Positions 1 to 8,740 of a stretch of DNA of 40,080 bases are shown here, one piece after another. The first letter of the stretch is position 1. Each line of letters begins with the position of its first letter. The stretch lies in contig JBBCAW010000130.1 of the NCBI GenBank assembly GCA_051382295.1, positions 1-40,080 on the forward strand, read 5' to 3'. Both the position numbers and the translations under genes were made by a program. The notes beneath the pieces are model-generated. The model had not been told where the DNA came from and did no database searches. It worked only from the letters and a program-made list of their open reading frames with translations. This stretch comes from Bdellovibrionota bacterium FG-1. Its GTDB lineage: Bacteria > Bdellovibrionota > UBA1018.

Positions 1-761
1 CGCCCCCCCCCCTGATCAATCATTTGGAGGGCTTCACGCACCTGATCAGGCGAAAAATTATCGAGCAAAACACCGTCCGCGTGGGCCTTAAGGGCTTTGG
101 CTAATTCCTTGAGACTCCGGACTTCAATCTCGATTTTAAGACCATGAGGAGCTACGGCACGGGCCCCTTCCACTGCTTTGAGAATTCCCCCCGCGGCGGC
201 AATATGGTTTTCTTTAATCAGCACTCCACCTGCAAGACTGACGCGATGACTATGACCACCCCCGGCCAGAACTCCGAGCACTGAAAGATCGCGATAACCA
301 GGCAAAGTTTTTCGAGTCGCAGTGACCCGAGGAGGACACTGAGGACAGGCTTTGCGAACCTCATTGACCATCTCATGTGTGGACGTTGCTACCCCACTTG
401 CAAAAGCGGCCAAATTCAAAAAGGGACGCTCTAACGCTAGCACCAAGCGCGCCGGCCCTTTCCACTCACTCAAAACCGCGCCACGCTTGAAGCTCTGACC
501 GTCCGTAAAACGCGTCGTCGCGAAAGGCCCCGCATGTCCGAGGTCTTTCACGACCAGATTGAGTGCCGAAACAAGGGAAGTTCCAGCCCAAATTCCCACG
601 GATTTGGCGATAATTCGGCCCCGAATGGACTTAGGAAGGCGTGCTGACCCTAGCGTTCCGAGGGTGGTCCAATCCCACTGCCAAGCATCCTCCTGCAATC
701 CCGCCTCGAGAAGTGCCTTTCCATTTGATAAATGCCCATGATAGTCGGTAACTAATTTCAT
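1..761 (-). CDS. nadC: Nicotinate-nucleotide pyrophosphorylase (carboxylating), 3'-truncated by the window edge
   Basis: Not in the ORF track. Manual translation gives [27 protein letters not shown]...TRKTLPGYR...[16 protein letters not shown]...IEIEVRS...VLLDNF, the QPRTase motifs. GGAG lies just before the ATG at 761. Confidence 0.93.
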   Translation of the reverse strand, partial: MKLVTDYHGHLSNGKALLEAGLQEDAWQWDWTTLGTLGSARLPKSIRGRIIAKSVGIWAGTSLVSALNLVVKDLGHAGPFATTRFTDGQSFKRGAVLSEWKGPARLVLALERPFLNLAAFASGVATSTHEMVNEVRKACPQCPPRVTATRKTLPGYRDLSVLGVLAGGGHSHRVSLAGGVLIKENHIAAAGGILKAVEGARAVAPHGLKIEIEVRSLKELAKALKAHADGVLLDNFSPDQVREALQMIDQGGG

Positions 762-787
762 TCTCCACAAATACACAGGAAACGCTC

Positions 788-1537
788 ATGATTCAACGCG
801 AACCGAACGGCCGACTCACCTCTCAAATTCGCCCCCTCACGATCGAAACCAGTGTCAATCGCTATGCTGAAGGCTCAGTGCTCATTAAGGCCGGAAATAC
901 CCAAGTGCTTTGCACTGCATCGATCGAAGACGAGGTCCCAGCCTGGCTCAAAGGCAAGGGAAAGGGGTGGGTTACTGCGGAGTATTCGATGCTTCCACGC
1001 GCGACGCATACCCGAAGCAAACGAGACCGCGAAAAGGTATCCGGACGCACGCAAGAAATTCAACGACTCATTGGCCGGGCGCTGCGCGCCATGGTTGATC
1101 TCAAAAAATTAGGTGAACGCTCAATTCTGATCGATTGTGATGTCCTCCAGGCAGACGGGGGCACTCGCACTGCATCAATCACCGGCGCTTGCGTAGCGCT
1201 CGCTCTCGCTCTCGGAAAATTGGCTCGAGAACACAAAATCACCTCAGGCCTGGTTTCGACCGTATGGCTCGATACTGTGGCCGCCGTCAGCGTGGGCCTC
1301 TTCAATGGGAAGGTCCTGGTCGACCTCGATTACAACGAAGACTCCACTTGCGACGTCGATATGAACTTTGTCGTCACGGGAGCCGGGGGCTTTGTCGAGG
1401 TCCAGGGCACTGCGGAACGCCAGGCTTTTTCGAAAACGGATCTTGATCTCATGACTGAAGGTGCGCTCGCCGCCTGCACCGAGATTCGCAAAATTCAGCT
1501 ACAAGCTCTTGAAAAAGCAGGGGTTAAATTAAGATGA
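788..1537 (+). CDS. rph: Ribonuclease PH
   Basis: [38 protein letters not shown] and [18 protein letters not shown] are RNase PH signatures. Confidence 0.97.
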   Translation: MIQREPNGRLTSQIRPLTIETSVNRYAEGSVLIKAGNTQVLCTASIEDEVPAWLKGKGKGWVTAEYSMLPRATHTRSKRDREKVSGRTQEIQRLIGRALRAMVDLKKLGERSILIDCDVLQADGGTRTASITGACVALALALGKLAREHKITSGLVSTVWLDTVAAVSVGLFNGKVLVDLDYNEDSTCDVDMNFVVTGAGGFVEVQGTAERQAFSKTDLDLMTEGALAACTEIRKIQLQALEKAGVKLR

Positions 1538-1621
1538 CCAAAATAGCCCACTAACCTGGCTATTTTACAGATCACTGGAAATCAGCCTTGGCTATTTTGC
1601 AGTTGGGTGTAAAATGGCCGT
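1538..1621 (+). promoter_or_regulatory. Four-copy GGCYATTTTRCA motif array and probable leaderless promoter of the ATPase gene
   Basis: AAAATAGCC (1540-1548, reverse, partial), GGCTATTTTACA (1558-1569), GGCTATTTTGCA (1590-1601), TGTAAAATGGCC (1608-1619, reverse). TAAAAT at 1610-1615 lies 6 nt before the ATG and there is no SD. Confidence 0.6.
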
Positions 1622-2779
1622 ATGCCTCAACAGCTCTTACCCCTCATCCAAAAAGACCTCGAACGCGGCAAAATGGTCTTTTTGGGAGGGCCACGGCAAG
1701 TGGGTAAAACCACGCTTGCCAAGAAGCTTTTGACCGGCCCCTTTCAAAACCAGGGGCGCTATTTTAATTGGGATTATGACGAGGACAAGCTTTCGATCAA
1801 ACAAAAAAAATGGGTCGACTCGGATCGACTCCTTATTTTCGACGAGCTCCATAAATATCCAAAATGGAAAAACTGGATCAAGGGAGTCTATGATGTCCAA
1901 AGAGATCGACACCAGTTTCTTTTGACCGGTTCGGCCCGAATGAATGTTTATCGACGAGGAAGTGACTCGTTAATGGGGCGCTATTTCAACTATCGCCTTC
2001 ATCCTTTTACATTGGACGATCATCCAGAGGGCATATCAGTCCAAGAAACTTTTACCCGATTAATGTCCATTGGAGGCTTTCCTGAACCTTTTATAGATTC
2101 TTCGCCATCCTTTCATCGACGATGGCAGGCGGAGCGCTTTGTGACGATCTTGAAAGAAGATGCCCGCGATCTCGCACTGGTCAAAGATATCGAAAATTTA
2201 CGGCTTTTTGCCACGCTTTTAAGACAGGCGGTCGGTGGCCCCATCGTTCTCTCCAAGCTAGCTAACGACATTCAAATTTCGGCAACGACCGCAAAAAAAT
2301 GGCTGCAAGCTTTGGAGCTTCTCTACATCGGCTTTGCAGTACGCCCATTCACTCGTCACTTGCCCCGTGCCATTCAAAAACCCCCAAAATTTTACTTTTA
2401 TGACAACGCTGACGTTTTTGGGGACACAGGCGCCCGCTTTGAGAACTTAGTGGCCGCCCATCTCCTCAAGCGAATTCAATTTATCGAAGACACCCAAGGG
2501 ATTTCTTATGAACTCGGCTACCTACGCGATAAAGAAGGCCACGAAGTGGATTTTGTCCTTCATCGAGATGGAAAAATTCAGGAACTCATTGAGGTCAAGA
2601 CCTCCGATGCTCAAATTTCATCCTCACTCCGATATTTCAAAACGCGGCTTAAACCGCCGTTTGCCACCCAAATCGTGGCAGAGTTACCTAAGACTTTTGA
2701 ACACGAAGGCGTCCGTGTGGTTGATCCGTTGACCTATTTTTCAGGTCGATGGAGTTATGGGTGTTTGGGTTCGCCTTAA
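1622..2779 (+). CDS. AAA_14 ATPase with DUF4143 C-terminal PD-(D/E)xK-like domain
   Basis: Walker A GPRQVGKTT, Walker B LIFDELHK, LTGSA, GGFPEP, FENLVA, YLRDKEGHEVDF...IEVK. Confidence 0.9.
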   Translation: MPQQLLPLIQKDLERGKMVFLGGPRQVGKTTLAKKLLTGPFQNQGRYFNWDYDEDKLSIKQKKWVDSDRLLIFDELHKYPKWKNWIKGVYDVQRDRHQFLLTGSARMNVYRRGSDSLMGRYFNYRLHPFTLDDHPEGISVQETFTRLMSIGGFPEPFIDSSPSFHRRWQAERFVTILKEDARDLALVKDIENLRLFATLLRQAVGGPIVLSKLANDIQISATTAKKWLQALELLYIGFAVRPFTRHLPRAIQKPPKFYFYDNADVFGDTGARFENLVAAHLLKRIQFIEDTQGISYELGYLRDKEGHEVDFVLHRDGKIQELIEVKTSDAQISSSLRYFKTRLKPPFATQIVAELPKTFEHEGVRVVDPLTYFSGRWSYGCLGSP

Positions 2780-2814
2780 AACGACCTTTTAGACTGCCGA
2801 TCAACTTCTCACGC

Positions 2815-2847
2815 TTGACTAGATATTACCATGTAAGGTAATATCTA
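2815..2847 (+). promoter_or_regulatory. Sigma-70 promoter overlapped by a perfect 11-bp inverted-repeat operator
   Basis: TTGACT (2815-2820) and TAATAT (2839-2844); TAGATATTACC-N6-GGTAATATCTA (2820-2847). Confidence 0.75.
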
Positions 2848-2862
2848 AAAAGAAGGCAAATT

Positions 2863-3333
2863 ATGAAAATTCAAGTCGTGTCGATCAATCAAAGGAAAAA
2901 GACCCTCGATATCGGTACTGAAAAGGGGGTCCTCAGCCTTCCCTTCTCCCGTCTGCCGCTCAAACCCAACGCTCGAGATAAAGTCACCACAGCCTATGTG
3001 GACTCGGAACTCGCGCGCCGGGCTGTTACCTACTCACTTGCCTCTGGAAAAGAGGAGTCCGTCCACCTTGACGCATTCCTTGACTACAACCGCGATCCGG
3101 ATTTTTTGAGAAATGCGACGCTCCACAAACTCACCGTCGATGCAATTAAACTTGTCGAAAAATCTAGACTGAGTAAGCACGAGCTGATCCGGCGCCTCAA
3201 GACCTCTCCCAGTCAGCTCTATCGGCTCTTAGATCCCGCGAACTACAAGAAATCGATTGACGAAATGCTTCGGTTGCTTGCAGTGCTCGGCTATCGGGTG
3301 GATATGAAGCTTGTGAAGGAAGCGATAGGTTAA
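2863..3333 (+). CDS. Antitoxin-like regulator: N-terminal beta-rich domain plus C-terminal XRE/HigA-type HTH
   Basis: C-terminal SKHELIRRLKTSPSQLYRLLDPANYKKSIDEMLRLLAVLG HTH; upstream palindrome overlapping the promoter. Confidence 0.7.
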   Translation: MKIQVVSINQRKKTLDIGTEKGVLSLPFSRLPLKPNARDKVTTAYVDSELARRAVTYSLASGKEESVHLDAFLDYNRDPDFLRNATLHKLTVDAIKLVEKSRLSKHELIRRLKTSPSQLYRLLDPANYKKSIDEMLRLLAVLGYRVDMKLVKEAIG

Positions 3334-3347
3334 ACCAAAACTCTCGA

Positions 3348-3375
3348 AATTGGGGACACCTCGGTGGTCCGAATT
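3348..3375. other. Imperfect hairpin after the HTH gene (terminator or REP-like)
   Basis: AATTGGGGACACC-TC-GGTGGTCCGAATT; no clear U-tract. Confidence 0.35.
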
Positions 3376-3509
3376 CTACCGATAAAGATTTCTGCGCACT
3401 TAGCTAATGGTTCACAACCAGGGAGGGTCTCTAGAAGCATCGATTATGGCGGCTAAAGCTATAACAAAATGGACATGGTTCTTTCCTAGGCGGCCATTCT
3501 GTTTTGCCT

Positions 3510-3555
3510 TTGACAGGAATATGCCTCATACGTAGAATAAAGCATATGAGGCATA
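3510..3555 (+). promoter_or_regulatory. Near-consensus sigma-70 promoter with inverted-repeat operator for vapBC
   Basis: TTGACA (3510-3515)-N17-TAGAAT (3533-3538). TATGCCTCATA (3520-3530) and TATGAGGCATA (3545-3555) form a perfect inverted pair flanking the -10 box and covering the ATG. Confidence 0.85.
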
Positions 3556-3770
3556 CCGACAAAAGAAAACCTAGAATCTCAAAAAACGAAATTTCTAGAA
3601 CCTCGATGAACATTGATCGGGGTAAGGTTCGTCGCGTTCGGATGATCCTGGGCGCGGCAACGGACACAGAGGCCGTGGATAAAGCTCTAGACTCAGTATT
3701 GGCGCATCAGGAAATTCAGGCCGCCATCGATCAGACTTTTGGCTCAATTCCAGACTTTGAAGTCCGATGA
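3546..3770 (+). CDS. vapB: VapB-type ribbon-helix-helix antitoxin
   Basis: RTSMNID...VRMILGAATDTEAVDKAL pattern; ATGA overlap with the PIN gene. Start moved to the ATG at 3546, 7 nt after the -10 box. Confidence 0.8.
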   Translation: MRHTDKRKPRISKNEISRTSMNIDRGKVRRVRMILGAATDTEAVDKALDSVLAHQEIQAAIDQTFGSIPDFEVR

Positions 3771-4168
3771 AACCCGTTATTGTTGATACGACACTTTGGG
3801 TACACTGGTTGCGCGGGACTTCTGCGAGGTCGCGGCAAGCTTTGCAAGGGCGCTTTGTTTGGATGCCGTCGGTGGTAGCGGCAGAATTATGGTCCGGGGC
3901 CCGCACTCGTGAGTCCGTGCTTGCATTAAATACACTCATGAGGCCTTTTGAGCGAAATCGCCGCTGCATTGTCTTGAATTGGGAAGATTATCGGTTAGCT
4001 GGAGAAACTTTAGCGCAATTAAATTGGCCGGCATCTCCCAAACTCGGAGACGCACTGATTGCAGTTTCGGCTAGAAAAACCGGTGCTGAAATATGGACCT
4101 CAAATACCGAGGATTTTAACGCTCTTGGAAAATTGCTGGGGGTGTTGATTGTTAATCCTGATTTTTAG
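3767..4168 (+). CDS. vapC: VapC PIN-domain ribonuclease toxin
   Basis: Acidic PIN motifs VIVDTT, VVAAEL, GDALIA, IWTSNTEDF; 133 aa. Confidence 0.9.
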   Translation: MKPVIVDTTLWVHWLRGTSARSRQALQGRFVWMPSVVAAELWSGARTRESVLALNTLMRPFERNRRCIVLNWEDYRLAGETLAQLNWPASPKLGDALIAVSARKTGAEIWTSNTEDFNALGKLLGVLIVNPDF

Positions 4169-4450
4169 TAGATACGCCTTTATTTGATCGAGGGGTCCCA
4201 TTCGACCGCAGTGATCGCGTAGGCCTGTTTCTAGGTTGATCATGAATGTTCTTTTTTTCTAATTATCACAAACAAGTTTATTCAAGTAAACATCCTTTTG
4301 TCGGAACAGGAGCCCAAAAGCACCCTTTACGACAAGTGAATTTATATTTAAATAGACGATGATTACAACGTGTTAACTTATGAATATTTCAATTAACTCG
4401 ATTTAACTAAATGTTGACCTTAATGATCAAATAATGATATGGAGACTCTT

Positions 4451-5585
4451 ATGGAATTAGACACTCGCAGTAAAGTTGTTTTCCAAACCCTATTTATGCT
4501 GCTGACCCTTCTCAACCTTCGGCATGCCATGGCTGGCAATTCCACTGATCGCGGGGGCGGCGATGGCGTGGTCTTTGATGACCAAGTGGTGTTGGCCGAC
4601 CCGTATATGAGACGCTCCGCAGACGAAGAAGGTCTCTCGGGCTGTCCCGCCGGAACTGAAGGAAAGCTCCACCCTCAGCTTCAAAACGAACTCAAGCGAA
4701 TTGGCCGCATTTTGTCGACCTACGGCGCCAAAGACAATATCTTCTGGCCGGCACTCGAAAATGCTATGTATCGCCAAAGGCCCAAACGCGAGTTTGAATC
4801 CATCTTTGTTCGGGACTCGGTACTAAATAACGCAGTCTGTGGGATCAAGAGCCCTCATCTTGAACAGCGTCCTCTGTGACATGTTCGATGCCCGAGTAGA
4901 GATTGGTGAGGAGGCCCAGGTGGTTTGGTCCACGGTGACGAACGCGCAAAGTCAGGATGCATTTCCTCAAATGAGGATAAAAATGCAATTGGGCAACCAC
5001 GCTAGGCTTGTCCACTCGAATTTAGCTCTATGCGCAGGGAATTCGCAAGAACTCAAAAACGCAGGAAAACTGATCATAGGGGAAAACGCTATGATTCTCG
5101 ATTCGAGTTTTCCGGCCAATTCGGTCATTCTGGCGCAAGGAGCTGCTATTTCGAATCTTCGAATTCATGAGCTTACCAACATCATCTCTCAAGATAACAA
5201 AACACTCTATGAGCGCTCATCCGAACATGGATGGGGCACCGAAATTTCTATCTGGATGAGAGAAGGCTCTTACCTCAGCGGCGGAAAGAATGAATTCAAT
5301 GTTACGCAAAATAAAAAAATGCACTTTTTTGCGGATCTTTACGAAGGCATTAAAAGCATATTTAACAGTGACATCAACGCCGAAAGTAATGCGTTTGATC
5401 CCCCTCTCCTTGACCTCGCCCCTGGTCTCAAAGTTCAACTCCCCGACTGTCCAAGGAAAATGGTGCAAGATTTCAAGAATGGTCCATGGATAAACACACA
5501 ACCTTTGCTCCAGCTAAAATTCAAAGGATATGAAAAGCTCCGATCCCTCCGGGATGTTGGCTCGCTCTTGAGTTGTGAGAATTGA
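4451..5585 (+). pseudogene. Secreted protein apparently split by a frameshift (ORFs 4439-4879 and 4839-5585); possible beta-helix-like repeats
   Basis: Signal peptide ending HAMA then DRGGGDG. Removing one G from GGG at 4841-4843 joins DSVLNNAVC to GSRALILNSVLC. Could instead be two genes or a sequencing error. Confidence 0.5.
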
Positions 5586-5593
5586 ATTAATTC

Positions 5594-5631
5594 GGGTGGG
5601 CAGGAACTGAAGTCCTGCTTGCCCAAATTTT
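5594..5631. terminator. Hairpin between convergent genes
   Basis: GGGTGGGCAGGA-N7-TCCTGCTTGCCC stem with G-U pairs, followed by AAATTTTT. Confidence 0.45.
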
Positions 5632-5665
5632 TGGTCCTGCAGGCTGCGGTACGCCTTTAAGGGAC

Positions 5666-6241
5666 CTACGACATCACTCCATCATGGCTGATCATGCGCA
5701 GTCGAACCCCTTCGGCCAAAAGCCGTTTCATGGGGATTCCCATCGCTTCAAACAAGTTTTTGACCATATAGAGCGCCACCCGGTGATAATCGCGCCCAAA
5801 GTGCACAATGCGCGTGAAGGCGAGTCCATCCCAAAACGCGCGGCCGGTTGAATTGGGCGCTAGACTGTGCCCCTTGCGCGCGCCGGTCACAATCATCGCC
5901 ACCCCACCCGCAAATCGCCGCAAAAAACGTCGCCAAACCGCCCGCGATGGCACCCGGATCAGCAAGTGCAAATGATTGCCCACGTTGGCAAAGCGATACA
6001 CCCGAATTCCCCATTTTTTGGCGAGTTTTTGAAGGAGCACCTCAATTGCGACGCTGTTTGCCTTTCTGAGCATGGAGTAATCACCATGGGCCATCGACGA
6101 ACGCAAAACGAGGTGGATCGCCTGCTTGGGATCGATCGGGCGGATGGCCTTGCGCTTGCCTTCGGCTAGGTCACCACCGTGCGAGACCCCGCTGGTTTTG
6201 AAATGAAACCCGGGGAGATGCGCTTGCTTGTTTCGCGACAT
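5666..6241 (-). mobile_element. Y1 HUH transposase of the IS200/RAYT (REP-associated tyrosine transposase) type
   Basis: HUH motif ANVGNHLHLLI, FW...FTRIV and a catalytic-Tyr helix (ALYMVKN); no tnpB alongside. Confidence 0.85.
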
Positions 6242-6491
6242 ACAGGAGAGTTATCATCGGGGCAATACATTGGCAAGTGCAATTACTTGATTTTTAGACA
6301 TTTTAAAGGATCAGATCTCATGCGCAACCGCCCAAAACGCACGCCCATGGCGATCCTCGCGCGCTGAGGCAGCGTGCAAGTGGGCCGGTTGAAATTACTT
6401 TCCTCAAGTCCAATACAAAGACATAATATTTCGACAGGCTACCAGCACTTGGAAACTATTTTTGCCAGTTTTGGCTCATATAGCTTCCATT

Positions 6492-6626
6492 ATGGGAAGA
6501 AAAACTATCCCATCGCTCCCGCCCTTGCGACGTAAACTCACGGCCTCCCAAGTTGCCAAGCGAGCCGGCATATCGCGTCCCACCCTTCGAACCATTGAAT
6601 GCGGATTTACTTGTGAGGACTCATGA
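6492..6626 (+). pseudogene. Decayed XRE/HipB-like HTH gene (44 aa)
   Basis: Below the ORF-track cutoff. Manual translation MGRKTIPSLPPLRRKLTASQVAKRAGISRPTLRTIECGFTCEDS has an intact HTH core but lacks the first helix and C-terminus. Upstream imperfect inverted repeat TGGAAACTAT (6450-6459) / ATAGCTTCCA (6480-6489). Confidence 0.65.
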
Positions 6627-6675
6627 AATAAATGAAAGAACGCCCCGAAGATCTGGAAGATCCTGAGGCGTTCTT
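6625..6675 (-). terminator. Intrinsic terminator of the 94-aa gene
   Basis: AAGAACGCC (6636-6644) / GGCGTTCTT (6667-6675) stem with inner GATC pairing, followed on the minus strand by U-rich UCAUUUAUUUC. Confidence 0.75.
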
Positions 6676-6729
6676 GAGGAGGTGGTGGGTACAGCGCTTT
6701 TGCGACTCGGTCAGTGTTTCATGACTGAG

Positions 6730-7014
6730 TTACGCAACTTTTTGAGCACTTCGCTTTTTGGTGTAAGCGAGGTAATGCTCGAACTTTTTCTCGTAATCGG
6801 AAACCGGCTCACCGGATTTTTTGATGAGACCGAATTTAAAATGATCGTAATGTTCATCGCAAAAATTGAAGAGATGGGACTTGGCCTTGCAGCCCCAAGA
6901 ATGACAGCCATCAGGCATCGGCGTATGTGCCTTGCCCTTCACAGGAGCCGAAGCTTTGGGCTCATACTGGGTGGTCGTAGGGGGGGCTTTCTTGGGTGCG
7001 GCTTCTTTCGACAT
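6730..7014 (-). CDS. Small basic protein with a putative C-x4-C-x9-C-x2-H zinc finger
   Basis: CHSWGCKAKSHLFNFCDEH; strong SD GAGGAGG at 7024-7030; has its own promoter and terminator. Confidence 0.8.
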   Translation of the reverse strand: MSKEAAPKKAPPTTTQYEPKASAPVKGKAHTPMPDGCHSWGCKAKSHLFNFCDEHYDHFKFGLIKKSGEPVSDYEKKFEHYLAYTKKRSAQKVA

Positions 7015-7057
7015 TTTCTTTATCCTCCTCAGGATCTTGATTCTCTGTACATGAATC

Positions 7058-7084
7058 TTATCGGAGGGAAGGTTCTAAACTTTA
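7058..7084 (-). promoter_or_regulatory. Sigma-28 (FliA) promoter
   Basis: Minus strand reads TAAAGTTT-N11-TCCGATAA versus the consensus TAAAGTTT-N11-GCCGATAA. Confidence 0.85.
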
Positions 7085-7375
7085 GTAAAATGGTCAGGTT
7101 TAAAATAATATAATTTATTAATTGAAAACAGATAGTTATATGAAATGTAATTGTTAATACTGACATGAGTTTAGATCATAATGGACTTTTTTGGACCGGA
7201 AAAATTACTTCACTAGCAACTTTGAGATATCCCCGAAACGCCAACTACCGGCGCAGAAATATTTTGAAGCTCAGGTTTATTGGTAAAGTAATTCAGATTT
7301 GCAGACGTGAGAGTCGCCCCGGTATCCAGCAGAAAAGTCTACCCCTGATGAAACCCATTGAACTAGAATAACCCT

Positions 7376-8740
7376 ATGGCAAGACCTTGGGTGCTCGATC
7401 CTGATCCGTATTTTCGCGGTAGATTATTGAATTTTTCCACAGGGACGACCAGTTCCGTTCCGCCACCCAAACTGATTTCTTCCGCTAAGGAATTTTTGAC
7501 CGCAAGCTCAGATGCCTGCCTCAACATTCCGGCGCTTTTCATGAACTGGAATCTCGACTCGCCAGGCGCCCTCAACGTGATCAGGGGCTTCAGAACGCTT
7601 CGTCCGGTGACGCCGATTTATCTCTTATATGAAGACAAAAGCCCTTTGCCCCAGCTAGAAATCAATCGCCTTGGCCTCGCGGGAACCATCTCAAAAATCT
7701 TAAATTATCCCCATTGGACACCCAGTTTTCCAAGACTCGCGTTTTCAGAGCCCCAACGACTCGATCCTCGCGATGCTCCTCAAATAGAGGATTACACCGC
7801 TGTTCCGATCACGGATTTTTTTCATGAACGTCCTTTGCTTTTCGATGTCCACCTGAACTTACCCCAGACCGGAAAAATGCTTAAAATTATTGGGGCAGGA
7901 GACACGCTCAACGTGGACCGAGTGGCGGCCTATCTGGCGCGGGGAGTAAGATTTTTTTACATTTCTGAAGCCAGTCATCGTACCGCGCTTTCCTACGTCG
8001 ACTTACTGGCCCACGTGTTACTCACCAAACCCGCCGTCACGATTGAAGCCCGACTCAATCAGACTTTTCTTTCGGCCTCGAAACAACTCGGGGAGTTAGC
8101 AAAGTTGCCGCTCTCGGATGTGCACATCGACGCAGGGATCGATTTTTTAACCCAAGTGTCTAATCTCATTCATACTGGTCTCGAAGCCCAGGCTGAAGTC
8201 GCCCAGGCCTTGGTCAAGAACGCTTTAGTTCAAGAGCACACGCTTTTAGTCACCGCAGCTACTGGCTTACTCACCATCCCGCTAGGGATTCAAGCGCAGA
8301 GTGCCTATCGAACCTTCGGCCTTTCAGCCTATTTTCAAGACATCGGCATGACTCAGCTGGACTCAAAATTCGCCGAAGTCACCGATCCGGAGCCGTTAGG
8401 ACCTGAGGATCGGAAAATTTATGAAACACATCCCGCCTTAGGGGCAAAGTTACTAGAAACCAGCGGCGCGTTTGACGAGTCCGTGATTCAGGCCGTGGCC
8501 CAACACCATGAGCGTCGCGATGGTTCGGGTTTTCCGCGAGGAGCAAGCGCTAGCCAAATTTCAACCCTGGCCTCGACGGTCGGACTTGCGGATCAGCTCA
8601 TTTTTTTACTCCAAAGAAGGTACTACGAACCCCAACTCAACGTGATCGATGTTCTCGAGAAGAAGATTTTCAACGGCTACCCTTTGAACGTTGTGGAGGC
8701 AGTCAGGGCCGTGTTTTTTGAGCACTTGAAGGGGAACTAG
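7376..8740 (+). CDS. HD-GYP-family protein with degenerate metal site and a possible receiver-like N-terminus
   Basis: HPALG, QHHERRDGSGFPRG and VGLAD present; the HD dyad is replaced by FQDIG. Confidence 0.8.
   Translation: MARPWVLDPDPYFRGRLLNFSTGTTSSVPPPKLISSAKEFLTASSDACLNIPALFMNWNLDSPGALNVIRGFRTLRPVTPIYLLYEDKSPLPQLEINRLGLAGTISKILNYPHWTPSFPRLAFSEPQRLDPRDAPQIEDYTAVPITDFFHERPLLFDVHLNLPQTGKMLKIIGAGDTLNVDRVAAYLARGVRFFYISEASHRTALSYVDLLAHVLLTKPAVTIEARLNQTFLSASKQLGELAKLPLSDVHIDAGIDFLTQVSNLIHTGLEAQAEVAQALVKNALVQEHTLLVTAATGLLTIPLGIQAQSAYRTFGLSAYFQDIGMTQLDSKFAEVTDPEPLGPEDRKIYETHPALGAKLLETSGAFDESVIQAVAQHHERRDGSGFPRGASASQISTLASTVGLADQLIFLLQRRYYEPQLNVIDVLEKKIFNGYPLNVVEAVRAVFFEHLKGN

Noticed and set aside
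3359..3385. ACCGATAA as a second sigma-28 promoter
   Set aside because: No TAAA-like -35 element at 11-bp spacing.
6682..7113. 143-aa plus-strand ORF preceded by GAGGAGG
   Set aside because: It is antisense to the 94-aa gene, which has its own promoter, SD and terminator. The GGAGG overlaps the GTG and is better explained as the anti-SD tract of the minus-strand RNA.
7165..7371. 68-aa ORF upstream of the HD-GYP gene
   Set aside because: No SD or recognisable motif, and it lies in an AT-rich divergent promoter region. It cannot be supported.
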